From Candidatus Spongiisociaceae bacterium (GTDB taxonomy: Bacteria; Actinomycetota; Acidimicrobiia; Spongiisociales; Spongiisociaceae), in contig OZ253564.1 of NCBI GenBank assembly GCA_965262915.1, positions 320,001 to 384,000 of the forward strand: DNA of 64,000 nt, in the 5' to 3' direction. Positions 53,099 to 62,931 of the stretch are shown piece by piece; within the stretch, counting starts at the first letter, position 1; the number at the start of each line of letters is the position of its first letter. A program made the position numbers and the translations under genes. The notes below the pieces were generated by a model. It was not told where the DNA came from and did not search any database. It saw nothing but the letters and a program-made list of their open reading frames with translations.

Positions 53099-53341
53099 AT
53101 GATGGTTATGGAAGGAATGCTCGCTGCCATGATCGGCCTCGTAGGCGCCCTCCTGAGCGCACTCCTCATCTGGATCCGCTCCGACATCAAGGCCCAGCGC
53201 GTCGAGATGAACTCGGCCCTCGAAGGCATGAGGGCCACGTTGACCGAGCACGGCGAGCGGCTCGCCCGCATCGAGACCACCCTCGGAGCCCCGGCGTCCT
53301 CCCCCGAAACCGCCGCTGCAGAAGCGGTCGTCACCCCCTGA
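53099..53341 (+). CDS. small TM plus coiled-coil protein, paralogue 1
   Basis: EGMLAAMIG...WIRSDIK...EHGERLARIET. Confidence 0.75.
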   Translation: MMVMEGMLAAMIGLVGALLSALLIWIRSDIKAQRVEMNSALEGMRATLTEHGERLARIETTLGAPASSPETAAAEAVVTP

Positions 53342-53419
53342 CCAACCCCCACCCCGCATACCCGGCGCGACCGGCCCTCCGGCACCCGGCCTTGCCCTCC
53401 CTGGAACCAATGTTGTATA

Positions 53420-53704
53420 GTGTTGGATATAGAAGGAATGCTCGCTGCCATGATCGGTTTCGTGGGTGTGCTGGTGAGCGCACTCCTCATGTGGATCCGC
53501 TCCGACATCAAGTCCATCCGGACAGAGACGAACTCCCGGTTCGACGCCATGGACCGCCGGTTCGACACGGTGGACCGCCGATTCGACACCGTGAACACCA
53601 TCCTGGCCGAGCACGGGCAACGGCTCGCCCGCATCGAGACCGTCCTCAGCGTCCCGGTATCTCCTCCCGAGCAAGCCTCCACGGAACCCGCCGTCGCCGG
53701 CTGA
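53420..53704 (+). CDS. small TM plus coiled-coil protein, paralogue 2 with RFDxxDR heptads
   Basis: Tandem paralogue of 53099..53341; RFDAMDRRFDTVDRRFDTV. Confidence 0.78.
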   Translation: MLDIEGMLAAMIGFVGVLVSALLMWIRSDIKSIRTETNSRFDAMDRRFDTVDRRFDTVNTILAEHGQRLARIETVLSVPVSPPEQASTEPAVAG

Positions 53705-53776
53705 CCTCGCAGCGCCCACGGGCCTGCCGTCCCGCGTGTTGGCTCCTCGATCGAGGGACCGTAGAATCCCGGCACT

Positions 53777-54985
53777 ATGAGGCCTCTCGAAGACATCCGG
53801 GTTGTCGCCGTGGAGCAGTACGGCGCCGGTCCGTTCGGCTCGCTCCATCTCGCCGACCTGGGCGCCGAGATCATCAAGGTCGAGGACCCGCGGTTCGGCG
53901 GCGACATCGGCCGCTACATACCTCCGTTCCAGGAGGGTGAGGACAGCTTGTTCTTCGAGACCTTCAACCGCAACAAGAAGAGCCTCTCCCTCAACCTGTC
54001 GGTCCCGGAGGGCCGCCGCGTCTTCGAGGATCTGGTGGCCAGGAGCGACGCGGTGTTCTCGAACCTCCGGGGGGACGTGCCGGCCAAGCTGCGGATCCGC
54101 TATGACGACCTGGCCGCGGTCAACCGGAGGATCGTGTGCGTCTCGGTGAGCGGGTTCGGGATGACCGGGCCGCTGTCGACCGAGCCGGGCTACGACTACA
54201 TCCTCCAAGGGCTGGCCGGGTGGATGAGCCTGACCGGAGAACCGGAGGGACCGCCCACCAAGACCGGAATATCGCTGGTGGACTACTCGGGAGGATACGT
54301 GGCGGCCATCGCCCTGCTGGCCGGCGTGCACGCCGCCCGGCGCGACGGGAAGGGGATGGACTGCGACATCAGCCTCTACGACGTCGCCGTGTCGCTGCTC
54401 ACCTATCCGGCCACCTGGCACCTCAACAAGGGCTGGCTGCCGGCCCGTACCACTCGATCCGCCCATCCGTCCCTGGTCCCTTTCCAGCTGTTCAAGGGGA
54501 GCGACGGCAACTGGTTCCTGGTGGGGTGCGCCAAGGAGAAGTTCTTCGACCGGGTGGCCGAGACGGTGGGTCGGCCCGAGCTGGCCGACCATCCCGACTA
54601 CGCGACTTTCGCGGATCGGGCGGCGAACCGTGGCGCCCTGATCGGGATCCTCGACGAGCTGTTCGCCCGGCATCCGGCCGGCTACTGGATCGCCCGCTTC
54701 AAGGAGGTGGGTGTCCCGACCGGACCCATCCAGGACGTGCCGTCCGCGCTGAAACACCCCCATACCGCCGCCCGCAAGCTGATCGTCGAGACCTCCCACG
54801 AAGCGTTCGGCACCATGCTCTCGCCGGCCAGCCCGGTCCGGGTGGGTGACCCCGACGACTATTCCTACGTGCGGGCTCCGCACCGCAACGAGCACGCCGA
54901 CGAGATACTGCGGTCGCTGCTCGGCTACGACGACGACACGATCCGCGACTTCTCCGAGAGCGGGGCCTTCGGGGAACCCGGATGA
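53777..54985 (+). CDS. family III CoA transferase (CaiB/BaiF)
   Basis: AGPFGSLHLADLGAEIIKVE, NRNKKSL, PGYDYILQ, SLVDYSGG. Confidence 0.95.
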   Translation: MRPLEDIRVVAVEQYGAGPFGSLHLADLGAEIIKVEDPRFGGDIGRYIPPFQEGEDSLFFETFNRNKKSLSLNLSVPEGRRVFEDLVARSDAVFSNLRGDVPAKLRIRYDDLAAVNRRIVCVSVSGFGMTGPLSTEPGYDYILQGLAGWMSLTGEPEGPPTKTGISLVDYSGGYVAAIALLAGVHAARRDGKGMDCDISLYDVAVSLLTYPATWHLNKGWLPARTTRSAHPSLVPFQLFKGSDGNWFLVGCAKEKFFDRVAETVGRPELADHPDYATFADRAANRGALIGILDELFARHPAGYWIARFKEVGVPTGPIQDVPSALKHPHTAARKLIVETSHEAFGTMLSPASPVRVGDPDDYSYVRAPHRNEHADEILRSLLGYDDDTIRDFSESGAFGEPG

Positions 54986-56343
54986 CCGACCCGGCGACCC
55001 TCTCCGAACGCTTCGTCGCATGGAGCACCCGTCTGGAAGCAGTCCCGGACGAAGTACGCCGGTTTGCCAGGTGGCACGTCCTCGACGCGTTGGGGACCGG
55101 ACTGGCGGCGGCCCGGCTGGGAGCCGTCGGATTCGCGGTGGAAGAAGCGATGAGCTACCGGACACCGGCCGAGGCGAGCATCCTCGGCCACAGCTCCCGC
55201 CATCCGGCGCCGATGGCCGCCCTCGCCAACGGCACCCTCATCCACGCACTCGACTTCGACGACACCCACGCCGCAGCGATCCTGCACGGCTCGGCCGCGG
55301 TGCTCCCGTCGGTGCTGGCGGTCTCGGAGATCGTCGATGCGGATCTGGACACCGCCGTCGATGCCTACGTGGTGGGCGTCGAGATGGCAGTGAGGGTCGG
55401 TGCGGCTGCTAGCAGGAAGTTCCACAGCCGAGGATTCCACGCAACCAGCGTCGTCGGTATCTTCGGAGCCGCCCTCGCCGCATGCCGCCTGCTCGGCCTG
55501 GGTGCGCCGGCGACGGTCAACGCTCTGGGCATCTCCGGCAGCCAGGCCGCCGGCTCGCTCGAGTTCCTGTCCACCGCCTCCCTGACGAAACCGCTCCACC
55601 CCGGATGGGCCGGCCTATCGGCGGTGATGGCCGCCCGCATGGCTGCCCGGGGCGCGACCGGGCCCGCCAGCATCCTGGAAGGCGGGTGGGGCGTGTACCG
55701 CTCGTACGCCGACACGGCGGTCGACATCGACCGGGTTACCACCGGGCTGGGCGAAGATTGGGAGGCGACGCAGATGACCTGCAAGCCGTATCCGGTCTGC
55801 CAGTACTCCCACGCCACCCTCGACACGCTGGCGCTGCTGCCCGACGACCTGAACCCACGGCGTATCAGCCGTATCGACATCGGTCTCCCCAAGGATTCGC
55901 TGGTGGTGGTCGCCGAGCCCAGGGAAGCCCGGCTGAGGCCGCGCACCACCCACGAAGCCAAGTTCAGCGTGCAGTGGAACGTCGCCACCCTGCTTCTCGA
56001 CGGGTACCTGAGTGTCGACCACTTCACGGGGGCACAACTCACCAGAGAGGATGTACGTCAGTTGGCCGCCAAGGTATTCGTGTATCGGCGGCCCTTCGAA
56101 GGGTCGCTCGGCGAAGCCCCCGGCGACGTCAGGGTCACCCTCGACGGTGGTGAGATCATCGCCCGAACCGTGACCAGTAGCTCCGCCACCCCGGGCCAAC
56201 CCGTCGACGAAGGCGCCCTCCTCGACAAGTTCCTTTCGAACGTGGCGGGGTCGGTCGACAACGCGGAGGGTATGGCCAAGCTGGTGATCGAGGACGGTGG
56301 GCTACCCGTCAGGGAGCTCATGTCCATGACGGGACGTCGATGA
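54982..56343 (+). CDS. MmgE/PrpD family protein
   Basis: ANGTLIHALDFDDTH, GFHAT, KPLHPG, KPYPVC, AKFS. Confidence 0.93.
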   Translation: MTDPATLSERFVAWSTRLEAVPDEVRRFARWHVLDALGTGLAAARLGAVGFAVEEAMSYRTPAEASILGHSSRHPAPMAALANGTLIHALDFDDTHAAAILHGSAAVLPSVLAVSEIVDADLDTAVDAYVVGVEMAVRVGAAASRKFHSRGFHATSVVGIFGAALAACRLLGLGAPATVNALGISGSQAAGSLEFLSTASLTKPLHPGWAGLSAVMAARMAARGATGPASILEGGWGVYRSYADTAVDIDRVTTGLGEDWEATQMTCKPYPVCQYSHATLDTLALLPDDLNPRRISRIDIGLPKDSLVVVAEPREARLRPRTTHEAKFSVQWNVATLLLDGYLSVDHFTGAQLTREDVRQLAAKVFVYRRPFEGSLGEAPGDVRVTLDGGEIIARTVTSSSATPGQPVDEGALLDKFLSNVAGSVDNAEGMAKLVIEDGGLPVRELMSMTGRR

Positions 56344-57533
56344 CCCCCGCCGCTATCAGGCCGGACAGGTTCCCGTGGTTCGACTACTCGCGTTACTCCT
56401 TCTCGCTGGGCCTCTCGCTCGGACCCGACCGCGCCACCCTGTCCGGCCACTCGGCTTCGGCGTACGACCCGGAGCGAGCCCGGATCGTGGTCGACGGGGG
56501 GATGGCGTGCCAGACCCGCACGGCCTACCGAAAGATCGGGAGGATCCTTCGGGCCGCCGGGCTGGGCTTCGAGGACGTGGTCCGGGTGGTGGAGAACGTG
56601 ACCGTCGCAGGTATAGACCACTACGCCGCGGCCGAGGCCGTCCGAGGCGAGGTGTTCGGTCCGCACCGACCCGCAGTGAACACCGTGGTCGTCCACCGCC
56701 TGCTGCGGCCTGCCGCTCTGATCGAGATCGAAGTGACCGCCGACCGGGGTGGAGGCAGTGGCTGTGGTGGGGAAGGATCCGGAAGGGAGGCCTACGCTGC
56801 AGCCCGTTCCGCCGGAGAGGTGGTGTACCTCAGTACGGTCCTCCCCTACAACCAATCGGGGGTCTTGGTAGGCGAGGGAGACCCGGAGGCGCAGGTGCGC
56901 CAGATCTTCCGAAACGCCGACCGGGTACTGGACGCATGCGGGCTCCGCATGAGCAACGTGGTCAAGACCTTGGAGATGATCCGCCCCGAAGCCCTCGATG
57001 GCTATCGCTACACCGGCCGTCCGCGTAGAGAGTTCCTCGGTCCGGTGTACCCGGGCGCGGCCGGGATCCTCCAGGACAGGGTGGCGCCCGACGACCGGGT
57101 CCTGATCTCCTACGACTTCACCGCCTCGCGCGCCCCGGCGGTGTCGGTGAACCCGGGATGGGACCGCTACCGGAAGCTGACCTATTCGCCCGCGGTGCGA
57201 TCCGGTGACATGCTGTTCATGTCGGGCCAGGCGGCCCTCGATCCGGAGACAGGTCGCGCGTTGTTTCCCGGCGATGTGGCGGCCCAGGCGGAGTACACGT
57301 ACTCCAACATTCTCAAGGTGCTCGACGCGGCCGATATGGAACCCCGAAACCTGATCAAGACCATCGAGTACGTGACCCCGCAGGGTCTCACCGGATACCG
57401 CGATGTCGCCGGGGTGCGGCGCAGACTCCTCACCGAACCATGGCCTGCCTCGACCGGCGCATTGTGCCACTCGTTGCTGAGGAAGGAGTTCCTCATCGAG
57501 ATCGACCCGATGGCCATGGCCTTCCCCCGCTAG
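56340..57533 (+). CDS. triple RidA/YjgF-domain protein
   Basis: Three RidA-like units ending LIEIEVTA / LISYDFTA / LIEIDPMA; YSPAVRSGDMLFMSGQ. Confidence 0.85.
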   Translation: MTPAAIRPDRFPWFDYSRYSFSLGLSLGPDRATLSGHSASAYDPERARIVVDGGMACQTRTAYRKIGRILRAAGLGFEDVVRVVENVTVAGIDHYAAAEAVRGEVFGPHRPAVNTVVVHRLLRPAALIEIEVTADRGGGSGCGGEGSGREAYAAARSAGEVVYLSTVLPYNQSGVLVGEGDPEAQVRQIFRNADRVLDACGLRMSNVVKTLEMIRPEALDGYRYTGRPRREFLGPVYPGAAGILQDRVAPDDRVLISYDFTASRAPAVSVNPGWDRYRKLTYSPAVRSGDMLFMSGQAALDPETGRALFPGDVAAQAEYTYSNILKVLDAADMEPRNLIKTIEYVTPQGLTGYRDVAGVRRRLLTEPWPASTGALCHSLLRKEFLIEIDPMAMAFPR

Positions 57534-57546
57534 ACGGTACGGACAG

Positions 57547-58698
57547 GTGCCGGGCCGGGAAGCCGCCATCGTCGGGGTCGGGGAATCCGACCTCGGTGTA
57601 ACAGGACGGTCGATCTACCAACTCCAGACCCAGGCCGCCGGCGCCGCCCTCGCCGAAGCCGGGCTGGGGATCTCGGACGTGGACGGCCTCGCCACCACCG
57701 GGGTGGAGCGTTTCAGCGCCACCGCGATGGCCGAGTACTGGGGGATCCAACCGGCCTGGGTCTCGTCGACGATGGAGGGCGGGTCCTCCTTCGAGTTCAT
57801 GGCCGGAGCGGCGGTGGACGCCATCCGCTCGAGGCGTTGTGACGTGGTGCTCATCTCCTATGGTTCCAACCAACGCTCGGTGGCCAGCCGTCGCCTGGGA
57901 GGGTTAACCCAGCCCCACACGCCTACGGCCCAGTACGAGGCGCCGTACGGGGTGCTGAGTCCGCTGTCGCTCTACGCCATGGCGGCCCAGCGCCACTTCC
58001 ACGAGTACGGAACCACGAGCGAACACCTGGCCGAGATCGCGGTTGCCGCCCGCGAGTGGGCTTTGCTCAATCCCAAGGCCTACCGGTACCGAGCCGGGCC
58101 TATCACCGTTGACGATGTCCTGGCCTCCCCGATGATCTCCACACCCCTCCACCGGCTGGACTGCTGCCTGGTCGTCGATGGTGGCGGCGCCGTGGTGCTG
58201 ACCTCCCTCGATCGGGCCCGGGATCTGCCCAAGGCCCCCGTGAGGGTGCTGGGATGCGGTCAGAGCACCACCCACATATCGATGTCGCAGATGCCCGATC
58301 TGACCCGGACCGGCGCCGTCGAGGCCGGGGCCCGGGCGTTTGCCGAGGCGGGCGTCGGACCGGAAGACGTGGACGTGGCCGAGCTGTATGACAGCTTCAC
58401 CGTCACGGTATTGCTTACCCTCGAGGCGCTGGGTTTCTGCGGTCGCGGCGAGGGAGGGGCCTTCGCGGCGGACGGCCGGACCAAGCCCGGGGGTTCCTTC
58501 CCGATGAACACCAACGGCGGCGGCCTCTCCTATTGCCATCCCGGCATGTACGGGGTGCTACTGCTGGTGGAGGCGGTGCGCCAGTTGCGGGGCGAAGCCG
58601 GGGATCGCCAGGTTCCCGACGCCCAAGTAGCCCTGGCCCACGGTACAGGCGGGTTGCTGTCCACTCACGGTACGGTGATCCTGGGGCTCGACCGATGA
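57547..58698 (+). CDS. thiolase-like protein (SCP2-thiolase/Ltp2 type)
   Basis: AAIVGVGE, LDCCLVVDGGGA, ELYDSF, NTNGGGLSYCHPG. Confidence 0.92.
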   Translation: MPGREAAIVGVGESDLGVTGRSIYQLQTQAAGAALAEAGLGISDVDGLATTGVERFSATAMAEYWGIQPAWVSSTMEGGSSFEFMAGAAVDAIRSRRCDVVLISYGSNQRSVASRRLGGLTQPHTPTAQYEAPYGVLSPLSLYAMAAQRHFHEYGTTSEHLAEIAVAAREWALLNPKAYRYRAGPITVDDVLASPMISTPLHRLDCCLVVDGGGAVVLTSLDRARDLPKAPVRVLGCGQSTTHISMSQMPDLTRTGAVEAGARAFAEAGVGPEDVDVAELYDSFTVTVLLTLEALGFCGRGEGGAFAADGRTKPGGSFPMNTNGGGLSYCHPGMYGVLLLVEAVRQLRGEAGDRQVPDAQVALAHGTGGLLSTHGTVILGLDR

Positions 58699-59084
58699 TC
58701 CCGGATATCTCGCCCGAAGCCCGAGAGTGGTGGGAGGCGACCAGGACCCGCCGCCTCCTGGTCCAGTCGTGCCGGTCCTGCGGGCACCGCCAGCACTACC
58801 CGCGGGCGATGTGCGTACGGTGCGGGAGCGTGGACCTGGGTTGGATCGAGGCTACGGGCGGGGCCACCATCTACTCGTTCACCCACAGTTACCGATCTCC
58901 GGACCCCGCCACCTTCGAGCCGCCCTACACGATTGCCATCGTCACGCTCGACGAGGGGCCCCGGCTGCTGGCTACGGTGACCGGAACGGGAATACGATGC
59001 GATACGCGGGTACGGCTCGGTTGGAGACCGCTGGGTGACGGCCGACACCTTCCCGTTTTTGAAACCGACCCGGAGGAGAGCTGA
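58695..59084 (+). CDS. Zn-ribbon OB-fold (DUF35) protein
   Basis: CRSCG...YPRAMCVRCGS...PYTIAIVTLDEGPR; ATGA-coupled to the thiolase. Confidence 0.92.
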   Translation: MIPDISPEAREWWEATRTRRLLVQSCRSCGHRQHYPRAMCVRCGSVDLGWIEATGGATIYSFTHSYRSPDPATFEPPYTIAIVTLDEGPRLLATVTGTGIRCDTRVRLGWRPLGDGRHLPVFETDPEES

Positions 59085-60247
59085 TGGACTTCAGTCTGAG
59101 CGACGAGCACGCCCTATTTCGCTCCACCGTTCGCGAGTTCGTAGACCGTGAAATACGGCCTGTGGCCATCGAATGGGAGCACAGCGGCCGCTATCCCACC
59201 GAGATAGTCGAGACCATGAAGCAACTGGGCCTGTTCGGCCTCACCGTTCCCGAGGAGTACGGCGGTCTGGGGGCCGACCTGATCACTCTGGCGATCGTGT
59301 TCGAGGAGATCAGCCGCGGGTGGATGGGAATCGCCGGGATCCTCGGCAGCCACACCCTCTCGTGCTTCATGATCGCCAAACACGGCACCGAGGAACAGCG
59401 CCGGACCTACCTGCCGGACCTGGCAACCGGCGCTCGCCGTACCGGCCTCGCCCTGACGGAGCCCGATGCCGGGACCGACCTGCAAGGCATCAAGACCAGG
59501 GCAGTCCGGGACGGTGACGACTACGTGATCCAGGGCACCAAGATGTGGATCACCAACGCTCGTCACGCCGACCCGCTCCCGGTCCTCGTCAAGACCGATC
59601 CCGAAGCCGTCCCGCCACATCGCGGGATGAGCGTGCTCCTGGTCGAGGCCGGGACGCCTGGTTTCTCGGTATCCCGTGATCTCCCGAAGTTGGGTTACAA
59701 GGGAACCGAGAGCTGCGAGGTGGTGCTCGACGACGTGCGCGTCCCGTCGGCCAACCTCTTGGGAGGAATGGAGGGCCGCGGCCTGCAGCAGGTTCTGGGC
59801 GGCCTCGAGATCGGACGCATCAACATCGCCGCGCGCGGGGTGGGTATAGCACATGAGGCCTATAGCCAGGCGCTGGCCTACAGCCGGGAACGGCACGCTT
59901 TCGGCCAGCCGATCTCCGGTTTCCAGGCAATACAGATGAAGCTGGCCGAGATGGCCACCAAGGTGCAGGCAGCCCGGCTGCTGACCTGGTGGGCGGCCGC
60001 CGAGGCCGACAAGGGCAAGCGGGTTGATATCGAGGCGGGCATGGCCAAGTACTTCGCTTCGGAAGCGGGGGTGGAGAACGCCATCGACTCCATGAGGATC
60101 CACGGCGGCATGGGCTACTCCCAGGAACTCGACATCGAGCGCCTCTACCGGGACGCTCCCTTGATGGTCATCGGTGAGGGAACCAACGACATACTGAAGA
60201 TGGTCATCGCCAAGGGACTCGTGTCGGAGCGGGCAGTAATTGATTAG
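59084..60247 (+). CDS. acyl-CoA dehydrogenase
   Basis: PEEYGGLG, ALTEPDAGTD, GTKMWITN, RHAFGQPI, IHGGMGY, IGEGTNDI. Confidence 0.96.
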   Translation: MDFSLSDEHALFRSTVREFVDREIRPVAIEWEHSGRYPTEIVETMKQLGLFGLTVPEEYGGLGADLITLAIVFEEISRGWMGIAGILGSHTLSCFMIAKHGTEEQRRTYLPDLATGARRTGLALTEPDAGTDLQGIKTRAVRDGDDYVIQGTKMWITNARHADPLPVLVKTDPEAVPPHRGMSVLLVEAGTPGFSVSRDLPKLGYKGTESCEVVLDDVRVPSANLLGGMEGRGLQQVLGGLEIGRINIAARGVGIAHEAYSQALAYSRERHAFGQPISGFQAIQMKLAEMATKVQAARLLTWWAAAEADKGKRVDIEAGMAKYFASEAGVENAIDSMRIHGGMGYSQELDIERLYRDAPLMVIGEGTNDILKMVIAKGLVSERAVID

Positions 60248-60370
60248 GTGCCGGGTGCCAGGGGCCAGTCGGGTAGTCGGCGGCCGGCGATCCCTTAGCG
60301 GCGGGATCTCCCTCGTCGTGCCCTTCGGCGGGCATATAGTGGAAGCGCAGTCAGAATAGGGAGAGGGAGG

Positions 60371-60964
60371 GTGGTCGGCTTGCCTTCGAGACTTCGGAAA
60401 CAACTCCTCGAAATACTCACCGAGAAAGCCCTGCGCGCCCTTGACAGGCCAGTGCGGCTGTCCTCCGGCGCGTGGTCCTCCCATTTCGTCGACGGCAAGG
60501 AGGGCTTGGCGGCCTGGCGAGATCTTCATGTTGCATCCCAAGCAATCGTCGAGACCGTCACCGACGCCGGGTTTTCTTTCGATGCTGTCGGGGGCCTTAC
60601 TATGGGTGCCGACGCTTTATCCGTTGGAGTAGCTGCTGTGAGCGACACCAGTTGGTTCGCCATTCGCAAAAAGCCCAAGGAACACGGCACAAAAAGGCGG
60701 ATCGAGGGCGCGCGGCTAGAGCCGGGCGTCAAGATACTCCTCGTCGACGACGTGGTAACAACGGGCGGGTCGATCCTCAAGGCCTTGGGTGTCGTCCAAG
60801 GGACCGGTGCGGATATCGTGGCAGCAGTAACCCTCGTAGATCGAGGTGACCTGGCACGCGCGAAACTGCGAGAACGTGGAATCGCCTACTTCCCTATGGC
60901 AACGTATGAGGACCTCGGCATAGAGCCGGTGACGTTTGGAGTCGTGGCTAGCGCGACTGGCTGA
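60371..60964 (+). CDS. pyrE: orotate phosphoribosyltransferase-like protein
   Basis: LSSG, VGGLTMGAD, IRKKPKEHG, LLVDDVVTTGGS. Confidence 0.8.
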   Translation: MVGLPSRLRKQLLEILTEKALRALDRPVRLSSGAWSSHFVDGKEGLAAWRDLHVASQAIVETVTDAGFSFDAVGGLTMGADALSVGVAAVSDTSWFAIRKKPKEHGTKRRIEGARLEPGVKILLVDDVVTTGGSILKALGVVQGTGADIVAAVTLVDRGDLARAKLRERGIAYFPMATYEDLGIEPVTFGVVASATG

Positions 60965-61307
60965 GGACGGCCTCGTTGCCTTCCCGCCAGCCGAGCTCAA
61001 CTCGCTCGCGACGTGGTGCCGCGAGTACTGCTGGGCCTCTGGGCATGTTGCCTATTGCGTGCTGAGCGATCTGTTCTGGAAGCTCCACGTCGCGTGGGAG
61101 GGACCGATCCGGCTGGCCACCGCAGACGCGATGACTTCCGCCCTTGCTCGCGATATCCCAACGATTCTGGAAAGCGACACCGACACGGGCCGCTTTGTCG
61201 CCTTGGCCCTGCGGGAGGAGATCCTCCATATCCTCTCCTCACAGCCACGTCGATTGCCGTTCGGGGGTCAGTGGCCGGCATCTACTTCCCGGTCGGGTAG
61301 TCGGTAG
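60936..61307 (+). CDS. hypothetical protein
   Basis: 123 aa ORF overlapping the pyrE end; protein-like composition. Confidence 0.45.
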   Translation: MESWLARLAEDGLVAFPPAELNSLATWCREYCWASGHVAYCVLSDLFWKLHVAWEGPIRLATADAMTSALARDIPTILESDTDTGRFVALALREEILHILSSQPRRLPFGGQWPASTSRSGSR

Positions 61308-61336
61308 GTAATTGCCAGGTGGAGAGTCGGTGGTAG

Positions 61337-61909
61337 GTGGTCAGGGAGATGATCCCGGTTGGAGTCCGCGGTTTGCTAATCGCGCCGGTGCTATTGCTCG
61401 CTTCCTGCGCGACGAACGTTGCCGTGTACTCCGCCGATGTCTCCGTGGATGACATGAGGCTCAGGCTGACCCTGCAAACCTGCAACCCTTCCTCGGTGTC
61501 GACATACGTGACGGATGTCGGCCACCGAGTCGAGCTGGCCGTTGCGGCTTATCCCTCCAGGCTGTTGGGTGGTCCCGACTGTCAACACCTTTCCATAGTC
61601 GCCCTCCCGGAGCCACTCGGTGACCGCGACGTCTTCGACAGGTCGGCTCGCAACGTGGTCCCGGTGTCCCTGTCGTCCCGGGATTGGCCGTACGACCGGG
61701 ATCGGTTCACGATGGCCGACTACGAGACTGCTCTCGCCGCGATGGTGGCCTGTCTCGAGTCACGCGATCCGGCGATCCAGGCCGCGATCGTCGACGATCT
61801 CGACTGGCCTACCTACGAGTGGCACAAGGAGCGAGACGAACGGGGCAACATGTCGGCGCCGGCCGTCGGCGCGTGCCGTCGCGACCACCTCCACCCCCTG
61901 CGTGGCTAG
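61337..61909 (+). CDS. putative lipoprotein
   Basis: Lipobox LLLASC; paired Cys; LPEPLGDRDVFD. Confidence 0.7.
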   Translation: MVREMIPVGVRGLLIAPVLLLASCATNVAVYSADVSVDDMRLRLTLQTCNPSSVSTYVTDVGHRVELAVAAYPSRLLGGPDCQHLSIVALPEPLGDRDVFDRSARNVVPVSLSSRDWPYDRDRFTMADYETALAAMVACLESRDPAIQAAIVDDLDWPTYEWHKERDERGNMSAPAVGACRRDHLHPLRG

Positions 61910-62931
61910 GCGGCTCCAGGAGCGTCGCTCCCGAAGGTTGCGATGAGGGACGCTTGGGCGGCTCGGGTTACCCGCTTCGAAACGAAGTGGGTGGGGGCAC
62001 TGAGCTTCACAGCGTCGACCAGTCCCTCGTAGGCGGCCAGTTTCTCGCGGGCCCGTTCCGGCGTTCCAGAGATGGTCAGGGCATCGACCATCTCGTCGGG
62101 GACGGCCTCGATCATTCCCCTGATGTCGCCCTCCCTGAACGCGGCCTGAACCCGGCGGGCCTCCTCCTCGAACCCGTGGAAGGCGAAGAACCCGGTGTAG
62201 GTCTTCACCGAGGCGTAGAAGGCCACCAGGCCGGCGGTGTTGCGAAGGGCCTCCCTGCCGTCGGGCAGGACCATCCCGCAGGCCGACGCCACGAGATCGA
62301 TCCGGCCGCGTGCGCGGTCCGCCTGATCCAGGCCGGCCACGATGTTGGGGAGTATCCGCCCCCTGACGTACTCCGGGGAGCCGAGTTCGTGGGCCAGCCA
62401 TCCGTCGGCGGTCCGGCCGGCCAGGCGGGTCATCTGATCCCCCACCGCCGCCAGGTACACCGGGATCTCGGTCCGCCGCGGCTCGAAGGCGCGCCGGTAC
62501 CCGCGCAGGTCGATCGAGGCCGCCCCTTCGTGGCGGATCGGGCGGCCCTTGTGCGCACCGGCGATGAGAGAACGGACGATATGTACTGTGTCGTCCAGGC
62601 GGCGGATGGGCCGGTCCCACTGCACGTCGAGCCACGCCTCGTTGAGGCGGCGCACCCCGCTTCCGAGGCCGAGCACCAGCCTCCCGCCGCTCAACTCGTC
62701 GAGGTCCAGTGCGGTCAGGGCGGTCACCATCGGGCTGCGGGGAAAGGCCCAGGCGATTCCCGTACCCAGCCGGATCTCGGAGGTCGCCCCGGCCATCACC
62801 GCCACGGGAATGAAGGCTGAGCGGTCGAGTTCGGCCGACCACAGGGTCCGGAACCCGGCCCGCTCGGCGGACGCCGCCACCCTCTCGAGCTCGGGAAACG
62901 AATCGGACCAGATGTAGAGGTCGAGGTCCAT
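61906..62931 (-). CDS. LLM-class (possibly F420-dependent) oxidoreductase
   Basis: AERAGF, IRLGTGIA, LDELSGGRLVLGLGSG, IPVYLAAVG, ADGW. Confidence 0.92.
   Translation of the reverse strand: MDLDLYIWSDSFPELERVAASAERAGFRTLWSAELDRSAFIPVAVMAGATSEIRLGTGIAWAFPRSPMVTALTALDLDELSGGRLVLGLGSGVRRLNEAWLDVQWDRPIRRLDDTVHIVRSLIAGAHKGRPIRHEGAASIDLRGYRRAFEPRRTEIPVYLAAVGDQMTRLAGRTADGWLAHELGSPEYVRGRILPNIVAGLDQADRARGRIDLVASACGMVLPDGREALRNTAGLVAFYASVKTYTGFFAFHGFEEEARRVQAAFREGDIRGMIEAVPDEMVDALTISGTPERAREKLAAYEGLVDAVKLSAPTHFVSKRVTRAAQASLIATFGSDAPGAA

Noticed and set aside
60243-60252. ATTAGGTGCC identical to the IS110 left junction
   Set aside because: Formed by the GAT-TAG gene end plus a heptamer unit; no further IS sequence
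60371-61307. PRTase-based defence module
   Set aside because: All canonical PyrE motifs are present and the neighbouring ORF has no recognisable defence motif
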